Assembly (NCBI GenBank): GCA_003344405.1 | Contig: NOWV01000286.1 | Span: 1-64,000, forward strand | Length of the DNA stretch: 64,000 nucleotides | Reading direction: 5' to 3' | Source: Trichoplax sp. H2 | Taxonomy: Eukaryota | Shown: piece by piece, positions 27,424-40,328 of the stretch | Position numbering within the stretch: the stretch's first letter is position 1 | Layout of the letters: each line of letters starts with the position of its first letter | The notes under the pieces: generated by a model | What the model was told of the DNA's origin: nothing | Seen by the model: the letters and a program-made list of their open reading frames with translations, nothing else | Databases searched by the model: none | Program-made: the position numbers and the translations under genes

Positions 27424-29763
27424 CTATCCATGGGATGGGTGGCCACCAGTTGCAATAGAAAGTATACCCATTATAACAGATTCATCCCCTAGAATTCCCA
27501 TATGACTTACACCTGGAAACGATCTTACAGACACGGGTTTTGTTTGTTGCTTTTTCCAATTCTGGCACACCTATGTTTTTAAATTTATCCATGAGCAGGA
27601 ATACTGAGTTATAAAACATCCATATTTTATCCTATAATATATTTAAGCTACCTGCAAACTGCGTAAGGGTACTGTTCCATCACCATCAGTGTGGGTAATG
27701 TCAGGTTGCTTTTCAAAATTATCATCCTTGTAATAGAAGCTATTCGGTGTAGGAACGTTTATGCCTATTACAAGAACGAACACGAAAAAAAGTAAAGGAT
27801 AGCAAATAACTGATGTATAAAAGGATATAACAATCTTTTAAACAGGTCTTCAAAGCTTATGAAATGTTAAATATACCATGCCAGCAGTACACCGTGACAT
27901 TCGGAGCATGTAAAGTTGATAAGTTTCTAGTATTGTGCCACATTTCCGTTATGTTCTGAATATTAGCACAAATTAGGTAAAACAGTAAAATGATGACGTT
28001 TTGCAATGACTTTGAAACAATAAAGGAGAATTATTTTGCATATCGTTCCACTAAAGTCTTACTATCAATACTTACATGTAGTTTTAAACGAGAGAATATT
28101 TCACCAAAATCTTCAGCGGTATAATTTTTCTTCTTCGTCCGAACAAACGGATAATCTTTCCAAAATTTTCTATTCGGTAGTAACCATGCAGAACTTCCTA
28201 TAATCCATAACACAACTTAGGTAAAATATGATCATGCAGCAATAGGATTGCATCAAGATTGCATTTTACCATAAGTTCGAATAACCGATCTAATAACATC
28301 AAAGTTGACGACCGGAGGTAAGACACCGCCGCTGGGAGAAATCTATAAATAAAAATAATGAATGCACGAATCTGAGTTAGCATATTTTTCTAGGAATTCC
28401 ATATTTCCATTTCCCTTCAAAACTAGTATTACGCACCACACTATAAATCACTTGGCCAGCGCCAGCGTAAACACCAGATAATGATATATGCGCTTTAACG
28501 TATTTATCTTTCCATTTCTGATCCACGTAAGTATTTAGAAATAAGTTGAACATTGCGTTTCCTATGTCATAAAGTAATAGGTAATCAAGTTTATGAGTCT
28601 TTATAACTATTTTTTATAAGGAAGATGTTATGCCTTACCCATGCTTTCGCCAACACAAACAACAGGTATGTTACTGTTGTTGGAATAAGCTTGTTCAATT
28701 GCAAGCTTTAGGTAATGAAAAACTCCGTTCTTTAAGTAGTAAGCATCAGCTCCTATACGCCAGTCAAACTGCAATATTTTAAAATGCATCAATGATTACA
28801 TAAAATAAATACTGCAATTCGTTTCAAAACGAATTTTATCACCTTTGCGATATTGTTATGCCTTACTAAGAAACTAAATTCCTTGCATACACACATATAC
28901 CAGTACGCTTACTTACCGGGAATGCGATTATATTTTTGTCTTTGGTATAGCCAGTAAAAACTAATGAATCAATAATAGCGCCATACTCCATGCTGACACC
29001 TCTCAAGCCAAATTGTGGATCAATGAAGCGTATGTGCTTTGTTCCATTACGAACTCTAATCTTGATACCTAATTCAAATTGATACAGTAACAAATGGAGT
29101 GAAAAGATATCCCAAATAACTACGTATAACTAAATGTTGTAATGGAGTGATAGCTTTTACTTCAATTTTACGAGATAAGAAATTAAATGAAGAACGATAG
29201 GAAAGATGATCTCCTAACTGTATATTATACCTTCATGGGCAGGTGAATAAACATGATTTTTGCTATCATATTTTAATTGCATAATATTTTCCCTATGAAG
29301 GAATTGATACAATCCAATCAATTACTCTAGTAATACAGTACACAGTATAGCATAAACACATATCGATATTAGACGTAAACTAACCAGCATCTTATGACAA
29401 ATGGGAGTAAAAAATCAACATTTAGCCAAACTAATTCCCAATCGGTTTTTTTGTCACAAAACCAATACGGTGCCGTTGTTCTATTGAGTTTAGCTTCTAA
29501 CTGTGCTCCACCTAGGGCTATGTTAAGAGTGAAATAAACTTAATATCAATTTTTCAAGGTGAACATATCACAGTATTACACTTAAATGTAGCGCAAATTT
29601 TACTCATACAGCAATCTCTATAGTATGATCAGTTACGCTTGGATAGTTGTAGTACATACCTGTAATCAATACCACTGGATGCATAACATTAGTACCGTTG
29701 GCTTTGATTTCTTTAGCAAATTGACTGACTTTATCCCGATTGAAATTGGACTTGCTATAAAAT
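27424..29763 (-). CDS. LCAT / lysosomal phospholipase A2 (PLA2G15)-family hydrolase, paralogue 2 (first exon unresolved, probably ~29.8-30.1 kb)
   Basis: Exons encode HPVVLITALGGAQLEAKLNRTTAPYWFCDKKTDWELVWL, RFIDPQ..GYTKDKNIIAFP, FDWRIGAD..VCVGESMG, GSSAWLLP, HAPNVTVYCWHG, DGDGTVPLRSL and SHMGIL. Stop TAG at 27424-27426. Intron positions match paralogue 1. Confidence 0.9.
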
Positions 29764-31849
29764 CTAATTATTGTCGGTACCGATTAGTTTTTTAAGTTTA
29801 TAGAAGGCAGGTGTCATGAGTTGTCAGTGAGGTAATGTACTGTATTTTATGTTAGAATAGAGGTGAAGAATACAATAGTATCGTTCTTTTGCTTGTGCAG
29901 GAGTTGCCAAAGAATTGCTGTACATTGCCACTATTTTTATGCATAACGTTGGCATATTAGTCAAGATACTATGAGCTCATTTCAACAAATTAGTGTAATC
30001 AAAGATGACAGTCAATGGACGTTAATATGGATCTAAGTCGCTACTGTACCATTGAAAGCCATCGTATGGCGTAAGCTTAAGATGACAGTGTTAAACAGTA
30101 GTATTTACGTAGTGTCTTACATTATGAATTAAGGTAGGCTGACATATATTAACAGTAGAAACCGTTGGACATGATGCAGTATACAGTATGAACATCTCAA
30201 TCCAATAGTACAGTATCATTCATATCCAAAACAGTTTATAAGGATAATTTAAAGGTATAAAGAGGAACTAAAGCTGCTGGATATTGATCCCTCGCTGTTA
30301 GTACTAGAATAAATCAATCGATCTAGGATACGATGGTATGATATCCTAGAGGATCCACGGAATCAGTCCAGACAATTCCAACAAGATTAAGAACTCAATC
30401 ATTGAGGATTTAATGCGAAATCCAATTATGTTTTTGATGACAACCATCAGATATTGTAGTTCAGAAGAATTTTTAAGCAAAAGACTGAAATTGCTGGATA
30501 TTGAATGTGACGATTATTCTTTGAAAAGAAAAATGGCAACAAGAACTGGAATAGCTAGACAAGTTCAGACATCAACATGGCTAACAGGAATGATAAGGAA
30601 CATTATAATACAAACGGGGTACAACAGAATACAGTAACGTCGATAACAATCTACTTTAGCGCGATCACCACTGATCTAACCTGTGAAATTCTTTTGCCAT
30701 AGACTGGTATTTTTCTTGAGAATAAAACTGTTTCCAATTCAATGCATGAACAGTTGATGGACCTACCACTGTCCATACCATAAAAAAGTAAATACAGATC
30801 TTGACTCCTATCAATGACGCCATGATGCCACAAATTGGTTGAAGTCAGCAGCGTTGTTGGACTGTTGTACAACACCGTATAAAAAACGAACAAGACAATT
30901 TTTCTCATCAGTGCTTATTTTGAATAATATGGCAACGATCGCTGCGCTATTCAATGATCGATCCATCAATAAGAAAGCAAAGATTGCCTAGGATGCTAGA
31001 AATCAATGGATTATTTTGTGTTCTAGTATGTGTCATAAATGACTGCAAATCATGGATAGAGAGTAAACTATTGCAGTGAAGGCGATTCAATCGTACGTTG
31101 TCGTAAACTGATTGCAATAGCCGACGTCGAAGGAGCATCCTGAGTTTTTAGCCTACTGTATTATTATTAGCCATTGTTGTTATTTTTATCAATGCATGTT
31201 CGATCAATACTTAGGATAGATAATCTATGATCAACCAACCTTAGATAAATCAATGTTATATGGATAAAGAAGAGCAAGTACGCGCCAAGAATTAATCTTG
31301 ATTTGGTGGCGATCCAGTGATTTGCGTTAATACTGTCGATGATGAATTATTCAATGGATCACTTCATCATTTACAGGCCAAGTCAAGATGGATTACACTT
31401 GCGTGAAGGCCAACAACGCAAGAAACACTATTTTGATGGATTTCTTGGTCGATTGATATCACCGTAACAAAGCTAAGAGATCAAGTAGGGAATGATCAAG
31501 GGAAAGACAGTGTCAATGAATGATCCAATCCAAGATGGAGGCGATGAATTTTCAACTCTTTCTCCGATGCTTCTTTGACTATCTATGTGCTCGCATAGAC
31601 GATTAAGCTTGAAAGTTGTCAACGTCAACAAGAAATCATGGCCGGCAGGCGGAAGGACACACCAGTATCAACGCGACCCGCGATGACTGTGTAACAGCAT
31701 CGTGTGACGTCTGGAGGCAAGTCCAATGAGGCGATTGGCAGCTTGACGTCGTACGATCTCGTATGATGCTTTCAGTTGATAGGTTTTGACCGCTTGTGAC
31801 AGACACGCGGACGTGCGGACGCTCTTGTCAGAATCCAGTTCAATCACTT

Positions 31850-32225
31850 TACTGTACAGTGTACAGTACAGTAGATTAGATTACAATACAGTACAGTACA
31901 GTACTGTACTGTACTATGGATTCATCCGCGTACAGTACTGTACTCAACACTACAGTACAGTACTGTACACTGTACAGTTCCATTCAAATGATACCAAATT
32001 TGTCTAATAAGGACTTGAAACTATAATTTCATATATTTCAAACAGTGGAAAAGGCTTATGAGTTATGACTGACACCCCTGTACACTGTACAGTGTACAGT
32101 ACAGTACAGTACAGTACCATACAGTGGCTAACCCTGAACTAGTCTGTGCTAACCCTGAACTACAGTCTGTTGCACAGTACAGTACAGTACAGTACTGTAC
32201 CTTACAGTGCATGTACTGTAGGCTA
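31850..32225. repeat. (CAGTA)n/(TACTG)n pentamer microsatellite arrays with internal strand switches, interleaved with three GCTAACCCT-containing ~25-bp units
   Basis: E.g. ACAGTACAGTACAGTACTGTACTGTAC at ~31888-31914 and similar tracts at 32082-32117 and 32174-32200; GCTAACCCT(G/C)AAC..AGTCTGT at 32127, 32148 and 32222. Confidence 0.85.
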
Positions 32226-32552
32226 ACCCTCAACAAGTCTGTTGCACGGAGCCACGGACTACTGCAGTACATGAACCTAGACTTATCACTCTCGGATGGA
32301 CAGACACTGTTGGCCTCACTTCCTCAAAATAGGGTACCAAACACCTCGATAGGACACTACTTTAGTATGGAACCGATCGATTTGAAATTGACTCATTTTT
32401 TTCTAAATTAAGTAGTATTGCATTGAATATCAGCATCGAAAACTAAAGCTCTTCATGGAATCAGCCAGATCAGATCGTCCATGTTATTGAAATGAATACC
32501 AGGGATTCAGAAAACAGACACGGAAACTCCATACTAAGTAAGCATTTTTCGA

Positions 32553-32764
32553 GATTGACGGCCCTCATCGGGTAAGAATAGTCCGTCTGTCTGAAGGAAT
32601 GATCAGCCCAGGGCAGGATGGTGTTGGTCTTCTTCTAGTATTGAACAGAGTACGGTATGATTGACTGCCCTCATCGGGTAAGAATAGTCCGTCTGTCTGA
32701 GGGAATGATCAGCCAAGGGCAGGATGGTCTTGGTCTTCTTCTAGTACTGAACAGAGTACGGTAC
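32553..32764. repeat. Two-copy tandem duplication, 106-bp unit, few mismatches
   Basis: GATTGAC(G/T)GCCCTCATCGGGTAAGAATAGTCCGTCTGTCTGA...GAACAGAGTACGGTA begins at 32553 and at 32659. Confidence 0.92.
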
Positions 32765-33196
32765 GGTACGGTCGAGAGACTAGTTGTTACCCAGGCAGAA
32801 CTGAAAGTTGTAGGAAAGAGTATGGACTGCGAAGTGAAACTGCCAGTCAAAGTAGGATGGTCGAGCAAGCATTCAAATTTGAGCGGTTAGACTGAAGACT
32901 ACATCAAACTGCTCGCCTAGCGCTGCATGAATGGAGAACAGCCTTCGTCATTAGCAACAAGTTATCAAGGTATTTGATCCAACCTGGTTTATTTTTCAAT
33001 AGGAGAGATGCGTTAATAAATTGTTCGACTTGCTCTTTTGTCTCACCTTATTCATTGATCATCGCTTAGTTCGGAATTCCTCCACTAGAAGCACGATAGT
33101 CGACTAGACATTCCAACAACAATCGCCCAAAATCGCATTGGTAATAAGAGTAATTCAAAGTCAACCTGCAGCAGCGTCAGCGGTTATCTTGTAACC

Positions 33197-36100
33197 ATGG
33201 ATATTAGTCTTCTACGCCAACGTATGCATGATTTTATTGACAAAGTAAGTAGGAAGAAGAGAAAGTGTCAATGATTTCGATCTATGATCATGAGTTTAAG
33301 ATCATTGGATTAAAAATCATCGACAAGCAATAGATTGCTTTAATCATCCAATTCTTGCTCTCTAGGGAAGCTACAGCACAGCTTTATTTTGGGCAAACAA
33401 GTGCCTTTGCTTATCCAAGGGTAAGTTAAATAAGATAAACCAATTCAACATGTTGTATAAGCTTAGTTGTGCTACCAATACTATCAGTGCTATGATCTTA
33501 CTACCTACGGTATGCTAAACATGGTGGATAATTCTTCATTCATGCTTATGATTGTATCCTTCTTGTAAATTGAAATCAACCACACTAATCTTAGGACAAA
33601 TTCGTGATTATTATTGGCTCCTTCATATCCATGCCATGAATGGACATCACCGACGTGCTATCCAAATTATCCAAAATAAAAATTTAACCGAGGTCTGCTT
33701 TATCATTTCACTTTTTCATGTAGATTGTCTTTGTTAGACGACAAGAGTACATTTTGCCTTCAATTGTACTGAAAATCAGTCAATTCAACCGTAATTTTTT
33801 CCAATGCTAATACATGAATGATGCGAATAGCATTGACTGGCGAACAAATATCATGCACAATAAATGTCAAGTTAATGTTGTTATGATAGATAGACACTCT
33901 TTTAATTTCCTATTTCCAACCTTAGGCTCACCTCATCTTTGTTTATTTCATGGCCAAGTGTTATGTAAGTATACAATAAGAGAGAAATTTAGAAATAATA
34001 AATCTTGATACGTACAAGTAAGTTGTACAATGGTGCTAAAATGAATGGGACATTAAACCTTATTGACTTGCTCACAAATACGAATTGGCTACTGTAGCAG
34101 TTGCCCTATCCGGAAGAATCGATCATTGATAGAGTAAACTAGTTCAACAAATCGACTGTCAATGGGATTGATCTTTAGCACCCTTGTTGTAGTCTTTGCC
34201 TTCTAGTACAATTTCTACTCCAATAGTATCACTTTCATCAAGGCGATAATTCTCTAACGTTAACATTCCACTTCTTTTGTCGCTGTCTCATAGGCTGAAC
34301 GTAAGGAATGGTTGGAAGCGTTGCGAATCATTGAAAAAATGAACGAAGGTTATTCACTAATAATTAATACCATGTTTAAACTGTGCAAACATTTATTGGG
34401 ATATCAACTATAAATTTATTGTAGGAGTGTTGGTAATTTAAATCTTTCCCTTCACAAATTTTGCGTTTCATTATATTCAGAATGGTATGAATTGTCAACT
34501 TATTCATAAACTAACATTTTGTCCTTGCTATAGGTGGTAATTGTGAACCGTCTGATGAAGATATCACTGGCGTACCTACGACGAAAGTAAGTCTTGATGG
34601 CATGATTTGAACATCATTTTACTGATAGAAAAATTTTAGTGTGCAAAGACAAGATTGATAAAAGTCTCATACAGTAATAGCATACCTGAATAATTCATTA
34701 GGTACGCAGTTGTCTTTACCTGTTGTGCGGCAAAATATATGAAGCAGTCAATAATATATCAATGGCAAAGGCGTGCTACAAACAAGCTCTAGAATTTGAC
34801 CTCTATTGTAGCGAGGTACCCCTTACCAAGAGTTAGAAAATCAATATCAATCTGTCGATTACAATTTTAACTACTGTACTTACAATACCTTTAGGCAATG
34901 GACCTTTTAATAAATCAACACATGTTATCGGTAGATGAAGGTTTGACTTCTTATTGCATTCGTTAATCAGATAAGTAATTTTTAAATTGTTCAAACTCGA
35001 TCAATATCAATGTCAGCTCTAATTCGTTGCAGAAGTACAGCTGTTGGATAGCCTCTCTAATTGTCAACAATATAGCGACGCTGAACGACAATTCATTTTA
35101 CAAATGTATAGGAGAAAAACTGCAAAGGTGCCAGTCAATAGATGACCAACAATGTTAGCGATAGCTTTAATAATAGTTATTTCATTAAAATATATTAGCA
35201 AGAAAGTGTTGAATCGAAATTGAGCAACGGTGCGGAAATTTTTTCCCATGACACGGTAAGTATCAGTGCCAGAGTTAAGATGTTATGGTAATAGTGTCTC
35301 AACATTAATTTCGAGATATAAAGTTACCAACAATTCCAATTTTTGCATGGATTGGGACAAATAGGATAGTCTACTTGATTTAGCGAAACGACATTGTCTT
35401 CGAACCGACTATGATGCCAGCTATAAGATAACATCAACGTAAGCTAATTCAATATAATAGGGACGGAAATCTGCAATGGATACATTTAACATACGCGTAA
35501 AAGCAAATTCAATTTTGTAGATTAATGTGCATATTATTATTAATAGGATTTTAGAGGAAGATCCTTACCATGAAGAATGCATTCCATTCCATGTTATATG
35601 TTTAATCGAACTGAAAAAAACAAATGGCAAGCAATCCATAAGAATTACCTTATCAATACGCGATTTCGATGGCAATAATTCTGTTATTTAATCCTATTTC
35701 CTTAATAATATTCAAATTTTCAGAACTGTTTCAGTTAAGCCATGTCTTCGTTAATAATTATCCAGCATCTCCGGTAATAACTCTATTCTAGCATTACTGC
35801 CTGACGCTCAGCAAGCATAATAACTTTAACTGAATTAAAATATTGATATCCTTCTTAGATTGCATGGTATACGGTTGGATGTTACTATTTGTTAGTGGAA
35901 AATTATGCCCAAGCTAGGGTTCACTTCAAGTTGGTCTCACCGCTTTATATTCATGCTTGAATAGATGAATTTTACATTCCCTAAAATATCGTCGTTTTTT
36001 TGCAGTAAAGCCATATCACTTAGAAGCAGTTTCGGATTGGCATGGCTAGGCTTTGCACATTCTTTCGCTGCAGAAGTAATTGTTCGGTTTATTCAAAAAT

Positions 36101-37431
36101 ATTATTTTAGTCTATTGTATTGAAATGTAGAATTTTTTTTTAACCTAGGCAGAACACGATCGCGCTATGGCTGCTTATAGTACAGCTTCAAACTGCATGC
36201 CAGGGTTAGATTGCAAACTGATTTAACTTGGTTACATTGGTAAGGTGGCAATATTTATGATTGAAAACTTATCGCTTCTGTTGCCTTAGGAGTCATATGC
36301 CTTTGGTATACATTGGTAAGGAATACGCACTATCGAATAACTACAGAATTGCAGCTAATTTCTTCGCCAAAGGTATTAACTCATAATTAATTATAGGATT
36401 AAAATCTACCTCATAACTAATTGTACGAGAATAAAGTTTTTTGTCTAAACTATCCGCCTGCTAGCTCTACAAATTGCTCCAGATAATCCTTACGCCGAAC
36501 ATGAAATTGGAAGTGCAGCCTTTAATAATGGAGAGTAAGTTTCTAAGCTTCTAAATGGATCTTTTGCCGTTAGTTAAAATTTTAAAACCTTTTGTATTTT
36601 TATTATAGTTACATCACGGCAAAGAAACATTATTTATTAGCTTTAAAAGTATTTGAAAGTGATGATAACAAGGTTAGCGTTGTAGTTTCTGGATATACTG
36701 TATATTTTTAAGAATACTGTAATGTTGCAATCTTCCATTCGAATATATTTGTCTTTGGTTGATTGGCAATGATTGTAGTCGTTACCGGAAGCTTGGGAAC
36801 CTCTGTTAAATAATCTTGGTCATACTTGCCGAAAGCTAGAGTAAGCTGTGGGCCAATTTCAGATATTTCAAGTAACAATAGGCAATTTATTTTTAATGGA
36901 TACATGTTTCTCTTGTACATGAATATAGAGAATATGAGTTGGCATTAAAGTACCATAATTTAGCTCTTAAACTTTCACCTCGGAACTTTTCAACACTTAC
37001 CGCTATTGGATTTACTTATAGTCTTTTGGAGAAGCATGCGATTGCCTTAGGATATTACGATAAAGTATTGTGCAACTGCGCGTGACTTTTAATTTTTGTG
37101 TAACTTTAGAGAAAAATAACTATTGTTTGCTTGCAACTTACATTTAAAATAGGCAATTTCATTGAAAAAGGATGACACTTTTACTTTACAAATGATTAAT
37201 AATACCATGGAGATACTAGCAAATATTAGTACAGTAGCCGAAGGCAAGTTCTGTTATGATTGCGATATGGATTAGATTTTATTTTATCTGCGGTTATAGA
37301 GTCCTTTTAAATATTGGCTGCTTATTAAATTTTTGATAGATCTTCCAGTTGCCGAAACTCCAACTCCAAAACTGAAAATAGCTGCAGACTTGGACAGTAT
37401 TGGAGATAGCAATATGAGCGTTGACGATTAA
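33197..37431 (+). CDS. CDC16: Anaphase-promoting complex subunit 6 (cell division cycle protein 16), TPR protein
   Basis: About 20 short exons: MDISLLRQRMHDFIDK-GSYSTALFWANK..., KQALEFDLYCSEAMDLLINQHML, ILEEDPYHEEC...ELKKTNELFQLSH...YPASPIAWYTVGCYY, FGLAWLGFAHSFAAEAEHDRAMAAY, SHMPLVYIGKEY, DNPYAEHEIG, WEPLLNNLGHTCRKL. Ends SNMSVDD* (37429-37431). Confidence 0.95.
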
Positions 37432-39972
37432 ACTTTAGCGTAACGCTTTCGTATACAGAAACGTCATTGCTTGTTTCTATTTACTTCCACAGTGACTTTA
37501 GCATAATCGTGAGACGTTATTTTAGCTATAAATTTTAATGTAAATAGTTACGTGAGTAATAGTTGCTTTACTGTATGAAAATAAAACTAAAGACAATTGT
37601 GTTCTTAATGACTGGAAAATTTGGGAGTAAACAACAATTGTGCAGTTGGTTTGTGATAATATCTAACTTGATGGATTTATTATTAGTCTTGATTCGTTTG
37701 TATAAAATGGTATACAAGATAACGCCTGAAAATGTAAGCATTGCAAATGTAAAGGTAATCGCGTTCGTATCATGCAAAAATACTACTGGAGTAAAAGTCA
37801 GTAATTTCTAGTTTGAGTATTAAAGGCCATAATTTGTAAAATAGTAGCTTAATCATGCAGAAGCGAATTTGAAGTTGATGATGGAATGGAATAGCATCAT
37901 TGATATAACCGAGGCGGGTTCGATCAATAACTAATGTATTGGTATTTTTACTTGGGCATTCTACAACCTACTATTTGCGTACATATTTCGTGCTCAAGTT
38001 GTAATTGTTGGTCATTTATAAAGATGAGTGTAAAAAGATTGGTTCATTTTGTGATCATACCTAATTGCTTATTCAACGACTGATTGACAATATAAGTCAA
38101 CGTTTGCCGGAGATACTAACTAAAGCAAGTAGTTTATTGTCCGCATTTATTGAAGTTAGAATACTCCATTAACAAATAAAATGGCTTTGACCACGTTTAT
38201 AATAAGATTGCATTCAAATATATTAGAAAATTCTTTGAAAATTAGGACAATGGTATACGAAATATGGATATACTAAAATTGAATTTGAGTGTACAATGCT
38301 TGCACTATGTCTGAAATCATGTTTCACTTTCAAGTAGCATTTTACTATTCTAGGATTTAATGTATCCGCATATCCATTATTTACAGTAAATAAGATTAGA
38401 GAATGCCTCCTGATAGTTTCAACGACAAATATCATACGTCTTAAATTTTCTTTATTGGAGAAAACAAGGGAAGTAGAGTGTAGGGCAGTAACTACCCTTG
38501 CGTACTAAAATCGATAAAATGCTTAATATTTCCTATCTTTTCTGGAAGGAATAAAACTGAAGTCATGCTACAGATCATTTTCTTATGCCGATTAAGACAT
38601 CGGCGTTATTGTATTACAATGATATATGACATTACAGACTAGGAAAATGGCGTTAACTACGGAGTATCTTCGAATTTAATATACCGGTATACTTGAAATC
38701 GAACATGAAGGATTTTACAATAGAAAGTAACATTGAGTTTAAAGATATTCGTACATATCAATGATAAATTAGTTATTTCCTTACTGAAGTTTATTGTCTC
38801 ATTAGATGCTAAACTGCTCATCCATGCTGTAAGGGATAGTAAACTGCCTACGATTAGAGAACGATGTAATGATGGAAATCCAGTAACATGATTACAGTGG
38901 CTTTTTCGAACTTATTTCTATTTCTTCATTTACCCTAAAATCCATATAGAACGCGATCATGTCATCAACTTTAATCCCCTATCTTCTACCGCAAACGCCG
39001 CGAACGCCCAATAGGTGTTGTAAACGATCGCAATAGTACATAGGGTAGCGTTTGTTGTTTTAACTTTAGTACTTTCATAACCATATCAATCCTGTAATAA
39101 TTAACAACTTAATTTAGCGGTCAAAGTTTAATTTGCCATACATCGTATTAAGCAAGCATCAGCACTTATTAACGCCTGTATAGTTAGAGTTCCAGAAAAA
39201 TTCCTTCTTGCAATGAAGTTTCACGGAAATGCTGGGCTCCATTCCCTGGGAGTTTTACTGCACTTATTTAGTTTATTAATTGTTCGGATCAAACTGCATA
39301 ACCAAGACCTTGCTCATGTCTTCAGAGTTTACTTATAGAGCCTTAACTCGATGAAATAGGACAAAAAAACTATCAGTCTAATCCCTCCCGCCCTACCTTT
39401 AATGCAGAGTGAGGGACTTTATAACTAGAATTCTTCTTCTAATAATAATATTAGTAGCATGACTAATCAAAATATAAACCTAATTAACATACAATCCTTC
39501 CCTATTTATGAGCATCCGATTATTAGACTACGGAAATGACTTTCCCAAGAATTTATCTATTTTTCCCCTGCTATTTCATTTTACGTGGTGGATTTATCAA
39601 AGGTACTGTAATAAATATAATACAACGACAATTAATGGAAAAACCTCGAATGAAAATCCTCATACAATTTACTTGATTTCCAAACATTCTGGATGAGGAT
39701 TGTTAGTATCAAGCTACAACAAGATTGCATCAATCATAACTAATTGTCTTACTTAGAAGGATTTTAAAGAATGAATTGCCAACATGATTAAATTAGACTA
39801 GAATTTGGTATAACATGGACGAGTAATTGAAGTATTTTTAAATGTGATATTGCAGTCTAAAGTTGAAGCTCAATATTTTATCTGGAATAAATCGATGTGC
39901 ATTATATTATTATGATATTTCACAAATATAGCATCATTTAAAAGGCATCAATCATAATCTGTTTATGGAAGA

Positions 39973-40328
39973 TGTCACACACCACTAGTGACAAAGTAGT
40001 CTACACACGCCAATCCTTGCGTAGAACGCCACTTACTAACTTAAAGAGGTAAGATTAGCTATATCACCAAATAATTCAGTTCCAACAACCGAATACTATG
40101 GTATAATTATAGCGTCACAGATGATGTAGACGAGATAGTCAGAGATTTACTATCATTTATTACTGAAGGAATCTTGGCACCCAAGATTATTGTCTTTACA
40201 ATTAAATATCAATTGAAAAACTAGTTGACTATCTAACCGACTAACGAACTAAAAAGGAATCTTCAGGCACCAGCCTTTTATAGTCTCGTCAGAAACTCCT
40301 AATTAGGACGAGCTTACGCATCGTAACA
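39973..40328 (-). mobile_element. Solo-LTR-like element, family Y, copy 1
   Basis: TGTCAC...GTAACA ends with 5-bp TSD GAAGA (39968-39972 and 40329-40333). Minus-strand TATAAAAGG (~40274-40282) lies upstream of minus-strand AATAAA (~40155). Second copy at 60330-61281. Confidence 0.82.

Noticed and set aside
31786..32411. ORF-track peptides rich in VQYSTVLY
   Set aside because: These are translations of the CAGTA/TACTG microsatellite, not protein.
32127..32500. CTAACCCT as a telomerase RNA template
   Set aside because: It occurs three times as part of a local minisatellite, and I could not identify a pseudoknot, CR4/5 or H/ACA domain by eye. An Infernal search would be needed.
39093..39493. 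Possible third TG...CA element with ATCC flanks, with faint similarity to 6140-6860
   Set aside because: Single copy, weak termini, and a 4-bp match can arise by chance; the similarity is too patchy to assert without alignment.
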